From an uncultured virus (IMG/VR IMGVR_UViG_2706794926_000001) (taxonomy: Duplodnaviria; Heunggongvirae; Uroviricota; Caudoviricetes), in the IMG/VR virus record IMGVR_UViG_2706794926_000001: DNA of 64,000 nucleotides; one strand, 5' to 3'. Made by a program: the position numbers and the translations under genes. Below, one piece after another: positions 39,134 through 48,851 of the stretch (position 1 is the stretch's first letter; every line of letters begins with the position of its first letter). The notes below the pieces were generated by a model that saw nothing but the letters and a program-made list of their open reading frames with translations, had not been told where the DNA came from and made no database searches.

Positions 39134-40676
39134 TAGATTCCCACCTCACTCCATAATGAATTTATGTCTGTGTCTACAGCTGAATCTGTAAGTACAAATT
39201 CATCAACTGTTGTAATAACATCTTGGTAAGGATTTTCATAAGTATAACCTATACCTTCTATTCTAGTTACAACAGGATTTGTCCAAGGACTTGATGCTGT
39301 CCCAAAACCATATGTCATTATTTTTGAACTTTTAAAGAACAATAACAAAACTGATTTTAATGTTGTATCGTTAAGCATATCAAACCATAATCTTTTATTA
39401 TTAGTGTCACCTATTGCTATTGTATCAACAGGAATCATATCTGTTTTAGTTTGAGTTATGGCTGTAGTTCCAGATGCACTATTGCCTGTTTGCCATGATA
39501 TTAATAGATATTTATACTTAGTTATATCATCGCTCAAAGTATAATCTCCGACACTTGCAGCATTTCCACTAAACAATACATTTGAAGCTATACTATCCTT
39601 GTAATAATTAAAGTAATATGGTTGTGCTATCTCTTTAATGATTAAATGTGTAGTTGCACTAAATAAAACTGCAGCGCCACTTAATGTATTTATTTTTATT
39701 GATATATAGGTGTCCTCAGTAGCCTTAAATATTGCATTAGAATTTTGGTTTGATATATATGCTCCACCAGATACAACCCCAACCCCAAAACCTAGATTAA
39801 TCCAGTTACTATCTGATTCATTATATATACCATAGGATAAGGAGTTACTGCATTCACCACACACTTCTGCTGATATTTCGTATGTTTTGCCGGCTTTTAA
39901 TAATACTTTATTATTAAGTAAAGCCATATTTCCACTATATACTGTATCAAAAGCTATAATTCCACCAGCTACAAGATTGCTTCTTTGATCAGCTGATAAT
40001 CTAAAGTCTCCATATTCAAAATTTATATTTTTTCCATCTTCGCAAGGGTCTATAATGGTTGTCCTATTGACTTCTTGTATATCAAGAAAAGTAAATCCGT
40101 CAGTTATTTCAGCACCTGTTGCACTATTTACGCCAGTAATATATATGCCTACGTTTATGTCTTTTTGTGCTGCATCTATATATGCAATAGCTTCTTGTTG
40201 TCCTTCCCAATATGAATAGCTATTTATAGTTGCTGCTACTCCAACATTCACTGAATCCGTAAAGTTCCTTATCATATAGGAAGCAAAACCAGTATTTGTG
40301 ACTGTTGCGAATCTTATAGATCCTCTCACTTTATAATAAGAACCTTTTGGAAGAGTTATAGTTCCATCTGCATTAAGCGTAAAATCACCAGATATTTTTG
40401 CACCCATTTTTACTATACCTGTAGTAACACCACCAGTAATTTTTGTTGCCGGCTTATATAATCCTGTCTTCAATTTACTTCCTATAACACTTCTTGTCTT
40501 TAAATTATCTATATCTGTTTGAATTGCTGGGATAGGTAATATCATAGTATCTACTTGCTTTTTTGTGTAAAATTTAGAAGCTAATGATTTACCAAAACTG
40601 ACTAGATATCTTTTTATTATTTTAGTAACAGCATCTTCAAAATTAATTTTTGCCATTAGATTCCCACCTCACTCCA
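38976..40676. repeat. 178-bp perfect direct repeat spanning gene junctions (38976-39153 and 40499-40676)
   Basis: Base-by-base identity covering the last codons of one gene and the first ~52 codons of the next; offset 1523 bp. Confidence 0.9.
39133..40656 (-). CDS. Tail fibre or receptor-binding paralog
   Basis: Same layout: RSVIGS, IIDPCE..KNINFEYG, EIAQPYYFNYYKDS, YENPYQDVITT linkers around variable domains. Confidence 0.7.
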   Translation of the reverse strand: MAKINFEDAVTKIIKRYLVSFGKSLASKFYTKKQVDTMILPIPAIQTDIDNLKTRSVIGSKLKTGLYKPATKITGGVTTGIVKMGAKISGDFTLNADGTITLPKGSYYKVRGSIRFATVTNTGFASYMIRNFTDSVNVGVAATINSYSYWEGQQEAIAYIDAAQKDINVGIYITGVNSATGAEITDGFTFLDIQEVNRTTIIDPCEDGKNINFEYGDFRLSADQRSNLVAGGIIAFDTVYSGNMALLNNKVLLKAGKTYEISAEVCGECSNSLSYGIYNESDSNWINLGFGVGVVSGGAYISNQNSNAIFKATEDTYISIKINTLSGAAVLFSATTHLIIKEIAQPYYFNYYKDSIASNVLFSGNAASVGDYTLSDDITKYKYLLISWQTGNSASGTTAITQTKTDMIPVDTIAIGDTNNKRLWFDMLNDTTLKSVLLLFFKSSKIMTYGFGTASSPWTNPVVTRIEGIGYTYENPYQDVITTVDEFVLTDSAVDTDINSLWSEVGI

Positions 40677-42512
40677 AACTGAATTTATATCTGCGTCTAC
40701 AATTGAATCTTGAACTATAAATTCATCAACCGTTGTAATAACATCTTGATAAGGATTTTCATAAGTATAGCCAATCCCTTCTATTTTGTATATTTTTACA
40801 CCTGTCCAACCATTTAAGAATATAGACGTCAAATTCATAGTTTTATTATTTTTAAAATAGTAGAATAGTCCATATCCTGAACCATTTCCAGGTGCATAAG
40901 CTGAATTACAAAATTGATTACTAGCAGTATAATCTATATCAGATACTTTTATTATATTTGAAGCTGTTCCATGATTAGGTGTTAAAGTATTTTTAGAATA
41001 AACTATCAAATGATCATATTTAGTTATATCATCTAACAATATATAATCTCCTACTTCATTTGCACTACCTTCAAACAAAGTTGTAGAACTTATGCTATCT
41101 TTATAATAATTAAAGTAATAAGGTTGAGCTATTTCTTCTATAACAAGGTAAGCACCTACCCAATGTGAAGCGTTTGCAGCTATTTTAAAATTTATTACAG
41201 TATCAATTGTAGGCTCTAAAATAAATGTTGAGACTGGTGATGATTGTGAATCACCAGTGTACGTTGTAGGATACGCATATGGTAAATCTTCTAATACATT
41301 TCCATTAGAATCACATACATTGAAATCTATAATACCATTAGTTGAATTTCCAGCATTAGAATAAGAAAAATCAAACTTATATTTTTTATTGGCATGTAAT
41401 GTTATTAATCCCTTTTCCTGATTTGAACCAGTAGAAGCACTCATGTTTCCTTTTATCATATCCAGTTCTAAATGATTTTCAGGTGCTAAATTTGATGATT
41501 GGTTTGCTTTAAAATAACCATATTCAAATTGTATCTTTTTAGCATCCTCTGCAGGATCTATTATTACTTGTCGATTTATTTCCTGGACTTCGATATAACA
41601 TTCATAACTTGGAAGAGTCACAGGATTTGTAGAACTATACCAAGTTATATACATCCCTATTTCACAATCATTTGTTGGAACATAATAGCTTTTCCCAGGA
41701 TGACTTGCATTAACAGATATAGTAGAATGACTATCAGAAACGATCGTTAATCCCTTTGAGTTAGTATAATCATAAAGTCCAAAATCCAAACCACTTGTAA
41801 GATTTATTGTTCTTGCTCCAAATTCTATTTTGTATTTTTTCCCGGCTTTAAGAAGTATTCTTCCGTTTGAATTTAATGTCATATTAGAGCCATTAGCTAA
41901 GTTCATTGGAATCATTGCTCCATTTGCATTAACAACAAAATCAGAATCTCTTGTAAATAGACCATAATCTAATGAACTCCCAATAACACTTCTATTTTTT
42001 AAATCGGTAATTTCAGCTTCTATACCAGAAGTATCAAAATCAGCTACAATCTTTTTACCATTAAATAAAGGATTATCATCTTTATCAACACTAAATTTAT
42101 CAAGTACCTCTCGATTATCATGAGTAGCCAAAGTCGTATTCGACTCTACTTTGGTCTTTAAATTGTCAAAATCCTCTGTTGTCACATAACCTGAAAATTT
42201 AAGAGACAATGCATCAACTGCATCATTAAGGGTTTTAATATCCTTAGAATTTTTGCTATCTAAATCGCTTATTTTATCAGATATATTATTATCTAGTTCT
42301 TTAAGTTTTTGATTTACTTCATCAAAAGTTATACCTGAATTTATTGATTTAAATTCTAAATATCCACCTTTACCATCTGTTAAAAAAAACTTTAAATCCC
42401 TTGTGACTAAAAGCTGCTCTTCGCCTTTAGTAAGACTTCCCGAATAGCTTGCCACTCTTTCATAATCGCCAATCTTAACAGGACTTTTCAAAATTATATA
42501 TTTATTTTGCAT
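40656..42512 (-). CDS. Tail fibre or receptor-binding paralog with a distinct coiled-coil N-terminus
   Basis: HDNREVLDKFS......LFNG fibre motif; same linkers and WSEVGI C-terminus as downstream paralogs. Confidence 0.7.
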   Translation of the reverse strand: MQNKYIILKSPVKIGDYERVASYSGSLTKGEEQLLVTRDLKFFLTDGKGGYLEFKSINSGITFDEVNQKLKELDNNISDKISDLDSKNSKDIKTLNDAVDALSLKFSGYVTTEDFDNLKTKVESNTTLATHDNREVLDKFSVDKDDNPLFNGKKIVADFDTSGIEAEITDLKNRSVIGSSLDYGLFTRDSDFVVNANGAMIPMNLANGSNMTLNSNGRILLKAGKKYKIEFGARTINLTSGLDFGLYDYTNSKGLTIVSDSHSTISVNASHPGKSYYVPTNDCEIGMYITWYSSTNPVTLPSYECYIEVQEINRQVIIDPAEDAKKIQFEYGYFKANQSSNLAPENHLELDMIKGNMSASTGSNQEKGLITLHANKKYKFDFSYSNAGNSTNGIIDFNVCDSNGNVLEDLPYAYPTTYTGDSQSSPVSTFILEPTIDTVINFKIAANASHWVGAYLVIEEIAQPYYFNYYKDSISSTTLFEGSANEVGDYILLDDITKYDHLIVYSKNTLTPNHGTASNIIKVSDIDYTASNQFCNSAYAPGNGSGYGLFYYFKNNKTMNLTSIFLNGWTGVKIYKIEGIGYTYENPYQDVITTVDEFIVQDSIVDADINSVWSEVGI

Positions 42513-42524
42513 TTCTTCACATCC

Positions 42525-44009
42525 TTAAAATTTATCCAATGTGTTGATTGTATAAGCAGCGCTTTCACTTGATAATTTATTTACAAATACTGCATCATAG
42601 TCTTTATGAAATACTATATATGCTTTATCAATAAAATCATCATATACATCAATACTATAATCTTTTATCTTCGTATACTTATCATTTCTTCCAAATAGCT
42701 TTATTGTTTGCAATTTAGCATCAGTTGCATCAAATTTGAAATTTAAAAAGAAGTCATATTTTAGTATCTCTTTATTTAATATACCACAGCTTTTCCGTAA
42801 ATTATCTTGATCGTCTCTATTATAATCAATAAAATAATCTAATTTATTTTTATCTGGAGAGGTTATATCAATAAATGTATGATCCAAATTACTAGTTAAT
42901 GAAGTAAATTTGTCTTTTACTTTTATAGTTGTTTTAGCTAATGATATATTAGATGGTTCATATATCATTTTTAATTCTCTGTCATCTAAACTGGCTTGTG
43001 TAAATGCACAGATCTGACATTTAGAGAAATCAAGTATATCTGATGGATATAACGTTTTTCCATTCATTACAAATGGTTTATTCAGATCATCAGGCTTTGT
43101 AATTGTATAGTTATTTAATATATATTCTATAGTTACACTATTAAATTTTTTATTGTGTATATCAAAAAAAGCTTTTTGTGGAATATAATATGCCCCATCT
43201 TTTTTTAATAGATAAAACATTTCATAGTCCTCATATGTTATAATTGCTTTTCCATTACCATTGTTAACTCCAGCTATAGCGGTGGGATTTAATAATGAAC
43301 CATAATATGATGAGCCACCACCAGCACCTCCATGACCACTACCAGCACCTCCGTACCAGCCACCGCCACCACCACTTTGAGTGTTAGCACCACCTACTCC
43401 AAATCCTCCATTTATACTATCACTTTTGAGTATTCCGTTTTGATACCATCTGTAACTTCCGGCACTTGTTTGAGTTCCTCCAGTACCATAACCATATCCA
43501 TAAGACATACCACCAGAGTTTTGTCCCGCAGTTGTTCCGTCTGTACCAACTAATCCTCCCCCGTCTCCACCAGAACCATAACCATATCCATCATCCCTAG
43601 AATTTGCTCCACCACCACCTCCAGCCACTAATACTCTACTTTGCAATCCAGTTAAGGTATCCCAAGCTCCAGAGCTGGTTCTAAAATCTGTTGCACCTCC
43701 ACCTGGCGCTCCATATAATGATTGACCACTAAGTAAGCTTCCTCCTCCATTATATCCTCCAGCATCAGAAGTTGAATCAGCTGCATTAGTATCTCCACCT
43801 TGACCACCTACATATATATATATAGTTTGTCCAGCTAACAATTTTATATCTCCAGAAGCATATCCACCTTTTCCACCTCGCTGACTTGTAGATCTAGCCG
43901 AATTACCTCCACTTGCACCATATGCTTCAAGTGAATACCTTCCATTTAACGGAGCTGTAAAAGATTGTACTCCACCAGTATAATTAAATATTAATGTTTT
44001 TAAAGCCAT
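42525..44009 (-). CDS. Glycine-rich cassette protein G9 (intact)
   Basis: FNYTGGVQSF..P..G.Y.LEAYGASGG, GGGATDFR, VAGGGGG, GGGWYGG, GGGGSSY; C-terminus TINTLDKF. Confidence 0.8.
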   Translation of the reverse strand: MALKTLIFNYTGGVQSFTAPLNGRYSLEAYGASGGNSARSTSQRGGKGGYASGDIKLLAGQTIYIYVGGQGGDTNAADSTSDAGGYNGGGSLLSGQSLYGAPGGGATDFRTSSGAWDTLTGLQSRVLVAGGGGGANSRDDGYGYGSGGDGGGLVGTDGTTAGQNSGGMSYGYGYGTGGTQTSAGSYRWYQNGILKSDSINGGFGVGGANTQSGGGGGWYGGAGSGHGGAGGGSSYYGSLLNPTAIAGVNNGNGKAIITYEDYEMFYLLKKDGAYYIPQKAFFDIHNKKFNSVTIEYILNNYTITKPDDLNKPFVMNGKTLYPSDILDFSKCQICAFTQASLDDRELKMIYEPSNISLAKTTIKVKDKFTSLTSNLDHTFIDITSPDKNKLDYFIDYNRDDQDNLRKSCGILNKEILKYDFFLNFKFDATDAKLQTIKLFGRNDKYTKIKDYSIDVYDDFIDKAYIVFHKDYDAVFVNKLSSESAAYTINTLDKF

Positions 44010-45331
44010 TAAAATCCCCCCATGGTATCTTTAATAATATTTTCTTTTCCACAAGTAAGTTTTTTAACAACTAAATTAGTAACATGCTCAGGAACTACAA
44101 TAGTAGCTTTGCTTTCAGAACCACATTGAATATTTACTGGAATATCTACTTTCTTATATTGAGGAATAATTTGCTCTGTAAATCCATTAAATATTTCATT
44201 ATCCTCTATGTGAATATATATATATTTATATGCTGTATCAATTTCATCTATATATTTGCAATTATTAATAACATAGTCTCTAATAAAATAATTATCTATA
44301 TTATCAATATATACTTTATTGTAATTCTTATTATCATAGTAATTGAACCATGTTTTTAAATCATTAGAAAATAACATCTTGTGTTTCCCTGCTGTTTTTA
44401 TATTTTCATACGTATAGCCTAAAACATTTAATAATAGAAAAGCATTGCTGCTTATTGGAATATTAGCTGACGAATATTCTCTTAAAGTAAGAAATACAAT
44501 TTTAAATGGAGAAAGACTATGCAGATCATTTATAAATTCAAAGTCTTCTATATTGAATCCATTTTCATATTTCATTTCTGTTTTTATTAATGTTCCATTA
44601 TAACATGAGTAGCATATACCATCATCAGATAGTACGAACATTTTAGTACCATTCCAAGGATTACTTCCAGAATAAACTCCATATAAGCTATTATCTCCAG
44701 TAATAAGTAAAAATTCAAAGCCATATGTTTGATTATATAAAGAATTTGTTTCTATATTATTTGGAACAGATGAAATTCCAAGGTAATTAGTAGTGCATTT
44801 ATTTAAAGTACATGCTCCTAAAACTATGGGATAACCGCGATCAAAAAAAAATGAGCAGGAATTAAATGACTTATTGCATACAAACATAGCTGTGTTGTTA
44901 TGAAAATAAAACAGTACTTCTGTTGGAAATACCCCGCTAGGGGATTTTGTAAAAAATACATTATTAAATACAACTGCCTTTGTATCACTTGTATATATTA
45001 CTGCTCTTACATCTCCATTATAATTATTACACGGCCTAACTACACATTTGTTTATAGTCATTTCATTTTTAAAACCAGCATTACAATAGCAATATTGAAA
45101 TTCTATAACTGTAGAAAATCCATTTCCATAATAATTTATTACATTGGTAGTCAAACTCATATCAACAGCAGCATACATTTTATGTACACCTCTACTTAAA
45201 TATATATCAATTTCACCCATTGATGCTGTAATCATTGTTAGTGCAAAAGATATCGTTGCAAAAGGGTTAGCTTTGCTTCCATCTCCAGTAGTATCACTTC
45301 CACTTAAGCTAACATAAAATTTTTTATTCAT
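44009..45331 (-). CDS. Module B protein 3, with an extra N-terminal beta-helix-like passenger
   Basis: FYVSLSGSDTTGDGSKANPFATI; C-terminal half paralogous to 55246-55902 (SSNAF, KHKML.SNDLK.W); ends KDTMGGF. Confidence 0.7.
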   Translation of the reverse strand: MNKKFYVSLSGSDTTGDGSKANPFATISFALTMITASMGEIDIYLSRGVHKMYAAVDMSLTTNVINYYGNGFSTVIEFQYCYCNAGFKNEMTINKCVVRPCNNYNGDVRAVIYTSDTKAVVFNNVFFTKSPSGVFPTEVLFYFHNNTAMFVCNKSFNSCSFFFDRGYPIVLGACTLNKCTTNYLGISSVPNNIETNSLYNQTYGFEFLLITGDNSLYGVYSGSNPWNGTKMFVLSDDGICYSCYNGTLIKTEMKYENGFNIEDFEFINDLHSLSPFKIVFLTLREYSSANIPISSNAFLLLNVLGYTYENIKTAGKHKMLFSNDLKTWFNYYDNKNYNKVYIDNIDNYFIRDYVINNCKYIDEIDTAYKYIYIHIEDNEIFNGFTEQIIPQYKKVDIPVNIQCGSESKATIVVPEHVTNLVVKKLTCGKENIIKDTMGGF

Positions 45332-46001
45332 TAAGGAGTGTCATCCAATACAAATCATAATCCTTTAATGTTGTAATATTATCTACTAATTCTACTGGAA
45401 GATAATCAGTTACATATACATTATATCCATTTACTGTATTTTCTTTTTGAAGTGTTAAAGAAACGGAGGTTTTTGGTACAGCACCATCATCAGTTATTTC
45501 TACATATCTAGGATCATATTCTAATAAATCCTTTGTTGTTGTATTTATATTTATAACTTTATGCTCAATAGGAGTCCCTTGCTCCGTTTGTACATAACAT
45601 TGAATCAAAAAGTCACTTCCATCACCTTTAAGTGGAATAGTCACAGCTTGACCAGCCACAACATCTTTAAAAACAAATTGCTCCACATTATTTATATAAA
45701 TAGAATCCCCTGTTGGTCTCATATCTGCAGAATTAAAATCGGTCTTAAGCTCATCATAATTATTATCAACCTTAGCTGATAAATTACTGATAATGCTATT
45801 TGCAGTTTTTATATCTGAAGTATTCTGACTTATAATTTGATTATTATTTTCTATTTTAGTACTTAATTCTTTATTGTCGAAATCGACTTTTACCTCTAAA
45901 TTAGAGATCTTAGAATTTAATGCAGTAAGTTTGTTTTTAAGATAATCATATAATTTAGTAGAATAATAAGTTAATCCACTATTATCCAAATATTTTTTCA
46001 T
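45324..46001 (-). CDS. Module A protein 3 (YLD..GL.YY fibre adaptor-like coiled coil)
   Basis: First ~110 aa near-identical to 55909-56565. Confidence 0.75.
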   Translation of the reverse strand: MKKYLDNSGLTYYSTKLYDYLKNKLTALNSKISNLEVKVDFDNKELSTKIENNNQIISQNTSDIKTANSIISNLSAKVDNNYDELKTDFNSADMRPTGDSIYINNVEQFVFKDVVAGQAVTIPLKGDGSDFLIQCYVQTEQGTPIEHKVININTTTKDLLEYDPRYVEITDDGAVPKTSVSLTLQKENTVNGYNVYVTDYLPVELVDNITTLKDYDLYWMTLLNE

Positions 46002-46264
46002 TAAAGAACCACTCCTTTACTTTTCAAATAAGTATGAAGATACAAATTTAGCTCACTTGATATTTTTTTAGTAGAATCAATGCTCTAATTTTCAACAGCA
46101 TCTGAACTGATTGAATAATAATTTATTAATTTTCACTTGTTTTATCTGTATTTAATATACTGCAATTCTTATATGATTTGGTTTCATCATAATCAAAAAA
46201 ATAATCTATTTTTGTTTATTGGGATCATAGATGCAATTGTTTTAAGTATTTTTAAAAATTTCCT
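46002..46264 (-). pseudogene. Deletion scar with fragments of a glycine-cassette C-terminus and of a 608-aa-like gene
   Basis: Encodes KIDYFFDYDETKSYKNCSILN; contains gagcattgattctactaaaaaa and ttatttgaaaagtaaaggagtg matching the 3' end of 56565-58382. Confidence 0.7.
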
Positions 46265-47456
46265 CTAAAATTTATCTAATGTATCAATTGTATAATCCAA
46301 TGATTGTTTTTCAATCATATTTACAATTACTTCCTCATAGTTTTCTTTGAAACTTATGAGCATTTCAAAATTAAATTTACTATATACATCAACATTAGTG
46401 CTTTTTAGTTTAATATATTTATCATTATTTTTACCATATAATGTTATTGAATTAAATAATCCATCATATGAATTAAATTTAATATTTAAGTAAAAATTAT
46501 TAATTGCAATATCATCATGTAATACACTACAATTTTTATATATTACGCTTTTATCACTATCATTCTCAATATAGTAGTCCAACTTAGTTTTATCCAAAGT
46601 ACCTATGTCTAAATAAGAAATATAATCGTTAGGACTAAGTTTATATAAATTTGGCTCATATTTTATTTTTATGTTTGTTTTTGATAGTGCAGTTTCTGAT
46701 GGAATATATGATAAGGATATCTTGCTTAGAAGTGCATCATTTAAAGGCATTAAACACAATTGATACTGCATTAAATCTATAAGTTTGAATGGTGTGTATA
46801 TTTTAGTATCTATAGAAAATGTATTATTTAAGTGATTGTATTCTATTAGACTAGGATCTTCATTTATCTGATTCATAACATCAACTAATGTTACTGGCAA
46901 AAATGTATTTGTGCTGGGATTGAAATATTTAGCAATTGGCATGTAATATTCCTCATTCTTCTTTAAAAACGATATATAACTTATTTCTTCATATGTTATT
47001 ACTACTTTTCCATTACCAGAATTTATGCCAACTGTTGTTTGAGGTTCTAGCAATTTTCCATAGTATGATGAACCTCCACCGCCATAGTAACCACTACCAC
47101 CTCCGCCAGAATCGTAGTTATTTCCATTACCACCGTAACCAAATCCACCATAATTGGGGCCAGCACTTGATATTTGAGATGCACCACCACCACATCCACA
47201 TCCCGTACCAGCATTTCCACTAAGTCCACCTCCGTTACCTCCACAAGCGCCTTGCAATCCATCATCTGACCCACCACCGCCAGCCCCAACTATAATTCTC
47301 GAGCTTAATGACGATATGTCATTCCAATTACCGCCTATAGTACGAACATCAGAAGCACCTCCTCCTCCAGCATCTCCAGGATTATCTGCACCATTCTATT
47401 TTTATTTTTTATGTACCTACTGGTGGAATCAAAGTCTGTACTGCTCCTGTATAATT
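46265..47456 (-). pseudogene. Glycine-rich cassette G8, 5'-truncated and internally deleted
   Basis: 47411-47456 matches the start of G6 (NYTGAVQT..PP.GT) but lacks ATG/RBS and hits a stop; downstream frame 46265-47257 ends TIDTLDKF. Confidence 0.75.
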
Positions 47457-47470
47457 ATGCTTAGTTTAAA

Positions 47471-48457
47471 CTAGCCTTCTTCAACTAAAAATCCACCAAT
47501 TATAATTTTATTTCCACTGCTCTCAGGATTTCTGTTCTCACTAAGTTTCATTAAAAGATTATGATTCCCATCTTCAATATCTTTTAAATTAATTAATGTA
47601 GAAAAATATTCTTCGTTATTCATGTACAAATCTAATTTAAAAGTAAATTTATCATCCAATATACACTCCAAAATCCCTGATGCTTTTGATAGCAAAGCCA
47701 TTACACTTAAATATCTTCCTTTAAAATTAATTTCAATACAATCCCCTATATTCTCTGTCATAGCACCAACACTAAATTTATTATTCAAATTTACTTCTTT
47801 TTCAATCCAATTACCATAAAAAGTACATTCTTCATAAGATTTTATTCCCGGATTCCTTAATATATAGTTAGTAGTTGGCTTCTTATCCCCCCAACATTCT
47901 ATCTCTCCAAAATTTAAATTCTTTAATACTTCAATTATAATTTGACAATAGGTTTTATGCCCCATATCATTAGGATGGAGGTTATCTATAGATATATCAT
48001 TCCATGTATATTTATCACTACCTATTTCTTTCCAAACACTATCTTGAACATCTATAACTGGTATATTATAATGATAAGCTATTTTCTTATGTGCTGTAGA
48101 ACACGAATCACTCATTCCAGTTGGCATTTCTAATGAAACTATCTTAACTTCTTTATTCCATTTGAATATTTCTATAATTAAATTTTCATAATAGATATTT
48201 ATATCTTCCAAGGGAAAAATTCTATCATTAACTGCAAATTCTAAGAAAACAACATCTGGCCTCTTTTCCTTGAAATACTGACTAATTCTAAATACTCCAA
48301 AGTTAGACCCAGTACCGCCTGCGCCTAAATTTATTATATTTAAATTTTCCTTATATTCATCCTTTAAATACTTACTAACCAAGGCTGCATAGCTATTCTC
48401 ATACTTACTAGCACCTGCTCCCTCTGTTATAGATCCTCCTACAAAATAAATATTCAT
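47471..48457 (-). CDS. SGNH/GDSL-family hydrolase
   Basis: GGSITEG, NLGAGGTGS, EFAVND, DNLHPND.GH. Confidence 0.9.
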   Translation of the reverse strand: MNIYFVGGSITEGAGASKYENSYAALVSKYLKDEYKENLNIINLGAGGTGSNFGVFRISQYFKEKRPDVVFLEFAVNDRIFPLEDINIYYENLIIEIFKWNKEVKIVSLEMPTGMSDSCSTAHKKIAYHYNIPVIDVQDSVWKEIGSDKYTWNDISIDNLHPNDMGHKTYCQIIIEVLKNLNFGEIECWGDKKPTTNYILRNPGIKSYEECTFYGNWIEKEVNLNNKFSVGAMTENIGDCIEINFKGRYLSVMALLSKASGILECILDDKFTFKLDLYMNNEEYFSTLINLKDIEDGNHNLLMKLSENRNPESSGNKIIIGGFLVEEG

Positions 48458-48494
48458 ATTTTCTCCTTTATCTATATTTCAAATTTTATACAAT

Positions 48495-48690
48495 CTAGCA
48501 ATACACTTCTAATACTTTTTACTATTGACTTCAATTTCAATATTAGTTATTCTTAATTCACCAAATAATCTCTCAGTTTTTCTAAAATCAAATATAAAAA
48601 AATATCCTTTTTCTAGTTTATATTGTTCCAAATACTCATGTTTCACAAACTCTTGAAACTTAATAAAAATTTTTTTATATCTAAATTAAC
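48495..48690 (-). pseudogene. 3' remnant of an unrelated gene carried in with the SGNH gene
   Basis: Reads EYLEQYKLEKGYFFIFDFRK...EVYC*, resembling C-termini of clostridial AAA-like/nuclease proteins; no start. Confidence 0.4.
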
Positions 48691-48851
48691 ATTATTTGTT
48701 ACATTTATTTTATCACATTATGAGTTTATTTACACATATAACTTATTTTTACTATTTCAATATTGGATAAGATAATGATAACATTCTTTAGCCTTTATGT
48801 TTAGAAACAATATTTTTCATCAATATACATGCTGAATGCCTGTTATAACTA

